From: an uncultured Candidatus Saccharibacteria bacterium
GTDB taxonomy: Bacteria > Patescibacteriota > Minisyncoccia > Phycocordibacterales > UBA12088
DNA length: 64,000 nt
Assembly: GCA_964409035.1 (NCBI GenBank)
Contig: CAYPBQ010000004.1
Span: 7,687-71,686 of the forward strand
Reading direction: 5' to 3'
Shown: positions 57,805 through 64,000 of the stretch, piece by piece
Layout of the letters: each line of letters starts with the position of its first letter
Position numbering within the stretch: the stretch's first letter is position 1
Made by a program: the position numbers and the translations under genes
Notes under the pieces: generated by a model
What the model was told of the DNA's origin: nothing
Databases searched by the model: none
The model's input: the letters and a program-made list of their open reading frames with translations, nothing else

Positions 57805-58479
57805 ATGAATGTTCAAATTCTACCCGCTATATTGCCTACATCACACGCAGATTTAGTTGAAAAGGTTGCACTTGTCGTGCCTCCTGCGACTCGTATTCAA
57901 ATTGATATTGTTGATGGTATATTCGCAGCGCCATCCACATGGCCAATAGCCAATAAAGCGGATAATGAATGGCAAGAAATTCTCACCCAAGATAGAGGGC
58001 TTCCTAAGTGGGAGAGTGTTGAGTATGAGATTGATCTTATGGTAGAAAACCCAAGAGAGCATATGGATGCCTGGATTGACGCAGGTGCCTCTACACTCAT
58101 ATTTCATTTTAACTCTTCCATACTACCTGCATTGCAAGAATGTATTTCATTGGCACATGAGCGTGGAACACAAGTAGGTCTTGCGATAAAACCATCTAGT
58201 GAAGGTTATGAAGATTTGTTAGGTGGTATTGACCTTATCCAAGTAATGGGGAGCGATACCATTGGTATGCAGGGCACTCCACTTGATGAACGTATATATG
58301 ACATCATTGCGCGGCTACATGCTAGTAGCGAGGTTACGATTGGTGTAGATATTGGCGTGAATAAACGTACGCTAAAAAAGCTAGTTGCTGCAGGAGCAAC
58401 ACACTTTGCTGTTGGGTCAGCTATATTTGGCGACTCATCACCTAAAGATGCGTATAAACAATTACTTGAATTGGTGTAG
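57805..58479 (+). CDS. rpe: Ribulose-phosphate 3-epimerase-like (TIM-barrel Rpe family)
   Basis: ILPAILPTSHADLVEKV...IQIDIVDG (compare IAPSILSADF...HVDVMDG), DLMVENP (compare HLMV.NP), GVDIGVNKRTL, AVGSAIFG. Confidence 0.7.
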   Translation: MNVQILPAILPTSHADLVEKVALVVPPATRIQIDIVDGIFAAPSTWPIANKADNEWQEILTQDRGLPKWESVEYEIDLMVENPREHMDAWIDAGASTLIFHFNSSILPALQECISLAHERGTQVGLAIKPSSEGYEDLLGGIDLIQVMGSDTIGMQGTPLDERIYDIIARLHASSEVTIGVDIGVNKRTLKKLVAAGATHFAVGSAIFGDSSPKDAYKQLLELV

Positions 58480-58487
58480 TAAGTGCT

Positions 58488-59000
58488 ATGAGACAAAACA
58501 GCGCATTTACCCTCATAGAACTACTGGTCGTTATCGCTATCATCGGACTACTGTCATCGGTGGTATTTGCGTCACTTAATAGCGCACGCACAAAGGCGCG
58601 TGACGCGACGAGACTTGCAGAAATCCAAGAAATTGTAAAAGCACTTGCGCTGTATTATTCAGATTATAATGCGTATCCTGATTCAGATTTTGATGGGTGC
58701 GGTGGATGGGATAATGGTAATCTCGCGTATCCGTTACTTAATGGTAGGGGCATGGATACATATTTTTCAGGGAGAGTACCTATCGATGAGGGATTTTCTG
58801 GAAACTGCCAAGGATACAATTATTATAGATATCCTGCGGGCTATGCTAATTGTGATAGTGCTCGCGGAGCGTATTTTGTGCTTGGGGTAAGAGATATGGA
58901 AACATCAGGTAACCCACATCCTGATTCACCAGGGTGGAGCTGTCCATCTAGAGACTGGCAAGGAGAGTTTGATTATGTGGTCGGAGGGTTTGAGCGTTGA
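58488..59000 (+). CDS. Type IV pilin/pseudopilin-like protein
   Basis: MRQNSA|FTLIELLVVIAIIGLLSSVVFASLNSARTKARDATR. 6 Cys in the C-terminal domain. Confidence 0.75.
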   Translation: MRQNSAFTLIELLVVIAIIGLLSSVVFASLNSARTKARDATRLAEIQEIVKALALYYSDYNAYPDSDFDGCGGWDNGNLAYPLLNGRGMDTYFSGRVPIDEGFSGNCQGYNYYRYPAGYANCDSARGAYFVLGVRDMETSGNPHPDSPGWSCPSRDWQGEFDYVVGGFER

Positions 59001-59034
59001 TATGTGGATACTGAAAGCTGCTACTTGAGGTATC

Positions 59035-59907
59035 ATGGTAATGATGGCATATCTAACAGAGGAGAAACGATTATTTCTTGAACAAAAAGCAAACGAAGTA
59101 CGTCAGTTACTGATCGACATGCTTGAGGATGCAGGATCAGGGCACACTGCAGGCCCTTTGGGTATGGCAGATGTATTTACTGCGTTTTATTTTCATATTC
59201 TTAATCACAACCCTAAAGAACCAATGTTTCAAGATAGGGATCGATTCATTCTTTCTAATGGACATATCGTACCAATTAGATATGCAACTATGGCGCTCGC
59301 TGGTTATTTTAGTGTTGAAGAAGCAAAAACACTTAGAAAGTTTGGCTCAAGGATGCAGGGACACCCAGAGCGCATATTATTACCAGAAATGGAGACCACT
59401 TCTGGTCCACTAGGAACAGGGCTTTCTCAGGCTGCGGGTATTGCACTTGCTGCACGTATGGATAAAAAAACTTTTCGCACCTATTGCATGATGGGTGATG
59501 GAGAGCAGGACGCGGGTAATGTGTGGGAAGCAGTAATGTTTGCGGGAAAGTATAAACTATCTAATCTCACCGCCATCATAGACAGAAACAATATACAAAT
59601 TAATGGTATGACTGAAGAGGTTATGCCACTTGAACCCCTACGAGATAAATATGAGGCGTTTAACTGGAATGTGATTGATATAGATGCGCACAACATGGAA
59701 GCTATTGTTGATGCGGTAGAGCAGGCAAAAGCAGTGTATGAAAAACCTACACTTATCATTGCGCATGCAATTGCAGGTAAGGGAATAAAGGAAATCGAGT
59801 ATGATTATAAGTGGCACGGTATACCGCCTAATAAAGAGCAAGAACAAAAGTGGCTCAAAGAACTTCGTTCATTAGGAGGAAAAATAACTCCAAGTAACCA
59901 CGATTAA
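59035..59907 (+). CDS. Transketolase, N-terminal (ThDP-binding) subunit of a split enzyme
   Basis: GSGHTAGPLGMADVF (ThDP-binding), MMGDGEQDAGNVWEA (GDG motif), IIDRNNIQING. Confidence 0.85.
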   Translation: MVMMAYLTEEKRLFLEQKANEVRQLLIDMLEDAGSGHTAGPLGMADVFTAFYFHILNHNPKEPMFQDRDRFILSNGHIVPIRYATMALAGYFSVEEAKTLRKFGSRMQGHPERILLPEMETTSGPLGTGLSQAAGIALAARMDKKTFRTYCMMGDGEQDAGNVWEAVMFAGKYKLSNLTAIIDRNNIQINGMTEEVMPLEPLRDKYEAFNWNVIDIDAHNMEAIVDAVEQAKAVYEKPTLIIAHAIAGKGIKEIEYDYKWHGIPPNKEQEQKWLKELRSLGGKITPSNHD

Positions 59908-59908
59908 T

Positions 59909-60907
59909 ATGATTGTAGGAGAAGCACGACTACACAAAGGAATACTTGACGACACTCTGAGAGAAACAGGTGCTACTCGTGATGGTTTTGGAAAGGGTGT
60001 GGTTGAGGCAGGAGAGCGTGACGCAAGGGTGGTGGTGTTATGTGCTGATCTAGCAGAGAGTACCCGCAGTCATTGGTTTAAAGAAAAATTTCCTGATAGA
60101 TATATTGAGCTTGGAGTTGCGGAACAAAATCTTGCAGGGGTAGCAAGTGGTATGGCATCTATGGGTAAAGTACCATTTATTACTTCTTATGCGGCATTTA
60201 ACCCTGGTCGCAATAATGAACAGATACGAACAACAATCGCCCTTAATGAGCAACCAGTGATTGTTTGTGGTATGCATGCCGGTCTATCGGTAGGACCTGA
60301 CGGCGCAACACACCAAGCACTAGAGGATGTTGCGCTTATGCGTGTCATTCCTAATATGACAGTCATTGTTCCAATGGATATGGAAGAAGCAAGAAAGGCC
60401 ACACTTGCTGCAGCTACAAACAAACGTCCTACATACCTTAGATTTGCGAGAGAAAACACTCCAATACTAACAACCAAAGATACCCCATTTGAAATTGGTA
60501 AGGCGTATCGAGTGTGGCAGGGAGATAAGCCAAAAGTTGGTATTATCGCGATGGGTAGTATGGTATATCAAGCAATACAAGCAGCAGTTGATTTAGAAAC
60601 TCGTCTTGGTATTAGCTCGGTGGTGCTTTCAGTACATACTATAAAACCACTTGATACTGATGCGGTAGTTGCGCTTGCGCATGAGACTAATGCAATACTC
60701 ACTGTTGAAGAACATCAGGTAATGGGTGGATTAGGCGGCGCGGTGGCAGAAACGTTAAGCTTGATGCGCCCAACTAAAATGGCATTTATTGGAGTACAAA
60801 ATCGGTTTGGTCAGTCTGGTACAACACAAGAGTTATACAGCGCATACGGATTAGATGTACCTACTATTGTACAAAAAGCTATTTCCTTAACACAATCTTC
60901 ACTATGA
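59909..60907 (+). CDS. Transketolase, C-terminal (pyrimidine-binding + C-terminal domain) subunit
   Basis: GVAEQNLAGVASGMA, MHAGLSVGPDGATHQALEDVALMRVIPNM. Starts 1 nt after the N-terminal subunit stop. Confidence 0.85.
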   Translation: MIVGEARLHKGILDDTLRETGATRDGFGKGVVEAGERDARVVVLCADLAESTRSHWFKEKFPDRYIELGVAEQNLAGVASGMASMGKVPFITSYAAFNPGRNNEQIRTTIALNEQPVIVCGMHAGLSVGPDGATHQALEDVALMRVIPNMTVIVPMDMEEARKATLAAATNKRPTYLRFARENTPILTTKDTPFEIGKAYRVWQGDKPKVGIIAMGSMVYQAIQAAVDLETRLGISSVVLSVHTIKPLDTDAVVALAHETNAILTVEEHQVMGGLGGAVAETLSLMRPTKMAFIGVQNRFGQSGTTQELYSAYGLDVPTIVQKAISLTQSSL

Positions 60908-60949
60908 AAAAGAAATATTCCGCAATGAAATCGTATGAAGTGAGACCAT

Positions 60950-61249
60950 TTGTTGCTTGGTTTTTTATCTCTTCTGTCACTGCCGGTGCATACTACTTCC
61001 TCTGGAGTATATCCAACAGTATGGTTGTTTATTAGCATTGTAATGTATATGAGAAAATTACACGCAATAAAATTAAATTTTTGGTTCAGTGGAATATTTC
61101 TCGGGGCACTTGCTGGAGGCGCCATGTTTCTTATTTATAAAGTCTCACACAGCGAAGCATTTATCGCTGATATTTCAGCGACACGTGTGCAGAATGATCA
61201 GATTTTAAAGGGTAGAGATTTTGATGAGATAAATCTCTACGCTGAATAG
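60950..61249 (+). CDS. Hypothetical small membrane protein (99 aa)
   Basis: Open frame with two hydrophobic segments. An alternative 43-aa ORF in another frame starts at 60904. Weak support. Confidence 0.25.
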   Translation: MLLGFLSLLSLPVHTTSSGVYPTVWLFISIVMYMRKLHAIKLNFWFSGIFLGALAGGAMFLIYKVSHSEAFIADISATRVQNDQILKGRDFDEINLYAE

Positions 61250-61258
61250 GTATTTATC

Positions 61259-62257
61259 CTACAGCGCAGTCGGAATGTACTCAGGTGGCGCTTTGCGTAG
61301 ATAGTCTTGTATCTGATCTTGCGAGAGAAGTCCCTTTTGCGCACCAATCTCTTGCACTACAGACATTGAGTTGATTGGTCCCCAACTTAGGGCGGTAGGT
61401 ATGTCGTGTCCTAGTGCGAGTGCTGTGGTGAATGTTGAAGAAAATGAATCACCAGCACCTGTTCTATCAACGGGTGGGGCGATATCTGGGTACATTGGCA
61501 TATGCCACGCACTCACGCCATCGCTTGCATACGCACCACGTGGGCCATCAGTAATGACAACTATTTTTGGACCCTTTTGATGTATAGCATGCAGCAATTG
61601 TTTTATATCAAGACCCTTTTCACCTACGATACTTTGCGCCTCCTCTTTATTACAAAAAAACAGAGTTGATGCTTCGTATACAGATTTAAGTGCCTCGTAT
61701 CCGAGTTTGATTTGAAATGATCCTGGTTGAAATACCAACTTGCTTGTGGGGTGATTTTTTACATAGGTAGCTATCTCCTCGTGGTATGGAAGTGAATTAT
61801 GCTCTCCCACTGAGCTGAAATATATCCACGATGGTTCACCAAGATCAGGGAGTGAGTATGGATATTCCTCATGCTTAATTAAAATAGTGCGCTCCGGCGC
61901 TAGGCGTAGTACGTAATGATGATTGGATTTTTTACCAGCGTGCCTTCGTACAAATCTTTTATCAACACCCTCTTGCTCAAGCTGACGTATCATCTGGTCA
62001 CCCTCGTCGTCATCTCCCATATCAGTTACGAGTGCGCTACGAAGACCTAGCCGATGTGCACTCACAGCGGCATTAGGACTATTACCCACAGCAGGCACAA
62101 TCACAAAGTCTTTGAACTCAATTTTATCTCCAAAGTTCATCGCAAGGAGCTCGCGACCACTTTCGGTATCAGTTACTACCTTAGCCCATTCAGGTGAGAG
62201 CTCAATAAACTCATCGTTTACTATGTCGCCAATTGCTACGAAATCAAGTTTTTCCAT
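61259..62257 (-). CDS. PfkB-family carbohydrate kinase (ribokinase/fructokinase-like)
   Basis: VDRTGAGDSFSSTFTTALALG (PfkB signature 2, DTxGAGD) and an N-terminal GG dipeptide region. 332 aa. Confidence 0.75.
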   Translation of the reverse strand: MEKLDFVAIGDIVNDEFIELSPEWAKVVTDTESGRELLAMNFGDKIEFKDFVIVPAVGNSPNAAVSAHRLGLRSALVTDMGDDDEGDQMIRQLEQEGVDKRFVRRHAGKKSNHHYVLRLAPERTILIKHEEYPYSLPDLGEPSWIYFSSVGEHNSLPYHEEIATYVKNHPTSKLVFQPGSFQIKLGYEALKSVYEASTLFFCNKEEAQSIVGEKGLDIKQLLHAIHQKGPKIVVITDGPRGAYASDGVSAWHMPMYPDIAPPVDRTGAGDSFSSTFTTALALGHDIPTALSWGPINSMSVVQEIGAQKGLLSQDQIQDYLRKAPPEYIPTAL

Positions 62258-62313
62258 AATAGAAATGCGGATAAGCTGATATATTATAGTTACGTATATA
62301 CAGTGTAGCAGTT

Positions 62314-62889
62314 ATGCATAATTTGTTACAGAGATTTAAAACAAGAAATATCTACAGAGGATTTACTCTCATAGAGTTACTCGTAGTCATTGCTATTATT
62401 GGACTCCTTTCCTCGGTGGTATTTGCTTCACTTAACAGTGCGCGTAGCAAGGCACGTGACGCCAAACGAATTGCAGATTTTCAGCAAATTCGAACCGCAC
62501 TAGAATTGTTTTATGATACACATGGTAGATACCCCAATAGCCCTGGAGCTGCCACATGGGATCAACATTGGGATTATTTTGCCCAGTGTCTTGAAACAGC
62601 GAGTGATGCCTCATGCGGATTTGCCCTCTCAACTCGCCCTGTCTTTATGTCAGAGGTGCCACAAGATCCTCAAGACAGCCCATCGGGATTTTCTGATGCA
62701 GATCCGACATATTACTATGCATGGCCAGCGGGTTGTGGGACGGGACAAAGCTATAGACTCGCAGTACGCCTAGAAAATGCAAGCAACCAGAGCCTGGGTG
62801 GGGATTTAGACGGCAGTTTTTATAATAATAACGGGCTTTGTAATGATCCATATTATTGTATTGGGGTGGGTACCTGTGGTGGCTGGTAG
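62314..62889 (+). CDS. Type IV pilin/pseudopilin-like protein
   Basis: ...NIYRG|FTLIELLVVIAIIGLLSSVVFASLNSARSKARDAKR. 7 Cys in the C-terminal domain. Confidence 0.75.
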   Translation: MHNLLQRFKTRNIYRGFTLIELLVVIAIIGLLSSVVFASLNSARSKARDAKRIADFQQIRTALELFYDTHGRYPNSPGAATWDQHWDYFAQCLETASDASCGFALSTRPVFMSEVPQDPQDSPSGFSDADPTYYYAWPAGCGTGQSYRLAVRLENASNQSLGGDLDGSFYNNNGLCNDPYYCIGVGTCGGW

Positions 62890-62959
62890 GATTCGATTTT
62901 TATAGTGATTAGTCATTACTGGGTTGCCAAATATCCATAATTAGGTATAGTTTTGCGGT

Positions 62960-63610
62960 ATGGTAGTAAAACTAGAAGCAACAAAACGAGAGACATCAAA
63001 GTCCGCACGCGCCACCCTCAGAAAGGAGGCGATGATTCCTGCGGTGGTGTATGGCAAGAAGGAGGCATCAACTCCTATTGCGGTGTCAGTAATTAATTTT
63101 AAAAAGGTGTGGGAAGAGGCTGGCGAGTCAACAGTGGTTACTCTTGATGGCTTTGGAAAAAGCGTTGATGTGCTAATCCAGGAGGTATCAATAGATCATA
63201 TATCGGGCCTTCCGGTGCATGTTGATTTTTATGCTATTGAGGCAGACAAAAAAGTTGAGGTAGAGGTACCACTTGAGTATGTTGGTGAGGCTCCTGCGGT
63301 GAAGCTCCTTGGAGGAAACCTTGTAAAGGTTCTTCACGAAGTATCTATTGAAGCACTTCCAAAAAATCTTCCTCATAGTATTGAAGTTGATATCTCTTCA
63401 CTAGAAACATTTGAAACTCAAATTCTTGCTAAGGATTTGAAGCTAAGTACCGGTGTTACCCTTATTACTGATGCTGAGGAAGTAGTTGCACTGGTAGCTC
63501 CAGTTACAGAGGAAAAAGAAGAAGAGGTAGCTGCTCCGGATTTATCTGCCATTGAAGTAGAAAAGAAGGGTAAGACTGATGAAGAAGCAGACACTAAAGC
63601 TGACGAATAA
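62960..63610 (+). CDS. rplY: 50S ribosomal protein L25 / general stress protein Ctc
   Basis: MVVKLEATKRETSKSARATLRKEAMIPAVVYGKKE (L25 N-terminal consensus), full-length Ctc form with an acidic C-terminal tail. Confidence 0.8.
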   Translation: MVVKLEATKRETSKSARATLRKEAMIPAVVYGKKEASTPIAVSVINFKKVWEEAGESTVVTLDGFGKSVDVLIQEVSIDHISGLPVHVDFYAIEADKKVEVEVPLEYVGEAPAVKLLGGNLVKVLHEVSIEALPKNLPHSIEVDISSLETFETQILAKDLKLSTGVTLITDAEEVVALVAPVTEEKEEEVAAPDLSAIEVEKKGKTDEEADTKADE

Positions 63611-63630
63611 TACATATACAATTAGAGAGT

Positions 63631-63662
63631 AAGCAACATGCCCCAATGGGGGCATGTTGCTT
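63631..63662 (+). terminator. Intrinsic terminator: 14-bp stem AAGCAACATGCCCC-aatg-GGGGCATGTTGCTT followed by TAGTGTTTTGTG
   Basis: Perfect inverted repeat read from the sequence, 20 nt after the rplY stop. Confidence 0.6.
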
Positions 63663-63690
63663 TAGTGTTTTGTGATAGAATATTTCTGTT

Positions 63691-64000
63691 ATGAAGCGTT
63701 TAGGATATATCACAATAATTACGCTCTCACTGTGTGTGGGGATGTTTTCGCACACACCTATACTTAGTGCCCAGGTGACCAGTGAAGATGTGGCACGCAG
63801 AAGAGCCGAACTAGAGGCGCAGTTGCAGCAAATTGAAAAAGAGATACAAGCGCAGGGCGTGCTTCTAGAAGGAAAGCAGAAAGAGAGAGTTTCTCTTGAG
63901 CGAGACGTGGCTATTCTTGATGCTCAAATCGCCAAGGCTAAACTTGCAATTAAGCAACGTGATATTGCCATACAGCAAATCAATGGTGATATAGGGGATA
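63691..64000 (+). CDS. 3'-partial gene: signal peptide + coiled-coil N-terminus, typical of EnvC/M23-peptidase-type murein hydrolase (activator) proteins
   Basis: MKRLGYITIITLSLCVGMFSHTPILSAQ (signal) followed by heptad-rich RRRAELEAQLQQIEKEIQAQ...ILDAQIAKAKLAIKQRDIAIQQ. Runs off the window edge. Confidence 0.4.
   Translation, partial: MKRLGYITIITLSLCVGMFSHTPILSAQVTSEDVARRRAELEAQLQQIEKEIQAQGVLLEGKQKERVSLERDVAILDAQIAKAKLAIKQRDIAIQQINGDIGD

Overview
The window looks like a small-genome, probably CPR/Patescibacteria-like bacterium: about 42% GC, tightly packed genes with many short overlaps, multiple type IV pilin paralogs and one giant surface protein. This assignment is inference. The layout is as follows:
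(1) 1-22 kb: a cell-envelope glycan locus almost entirely on the + strand. It has four GT4 glycosyltransferases, two GT-C polytopic transferases, an ArnE/SMR-like 4-TM protein, a HAD-phosphatase::UbiA (DPPR-like) fusion, an SDR-epimerase::GtrA fusion, a second SDR epimerase/dehydratase, a GT2 polyprenyl-phosphate glycosyltransferase, a SAM methyltransferase, an AsnB-like amidotransferase, a Wzx flippase (- strand) and a Wzy-like polymerase fused to TPR repeats. A - strand CysK-like PLP enzyme and an unknown 412-aa protein are embedded in it.
(2) 22-29 kb: a consensus promoter with a short terminated transcript, a pilin, a large secreted alpha/beta-hydrolase, two tandem paralogous small membrane proteins sharing a perfect 146-bp 5' repeat, MurB, and an unannotated 38-aa lysine-rich histone-H1-like gene with a 39-bp tandem repeat.
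(3) 29-35 kb: housekeeping genes (GNAT, SecA, a holin-like membrane protein, Obg, GatB).
(4) 35-54.6 kb: a surface/adhesion island. It contains two membrane-anchored excisionase-type HTH proteins separated by a 600-bp AT-rich spacer, three secreted proteins with a WxL/DUF916-like architecture, an FN3 protein, and a 4529-aa secreted giant fibre protein. The giant protein has tail-fibre-like repeats, two CBM4_9-like domains, a phage-type intramolecular chaperone (S74) domain, a DUF5011 Ig domain, and an internal 164-bp perfect direct repeat.
(5) 54.6-63 kb: five type IV pilin paralogs with near-identical N-terminal regions interleaved gene-by-gene with pentose-phosphate/glycolysis enzymes (gap, rpiB, rpe, split tkt), a PfkB kinase on the opposite strand, then L25.
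I could not identify any rRNA, tRNA, CRISPR or classical mobile element.
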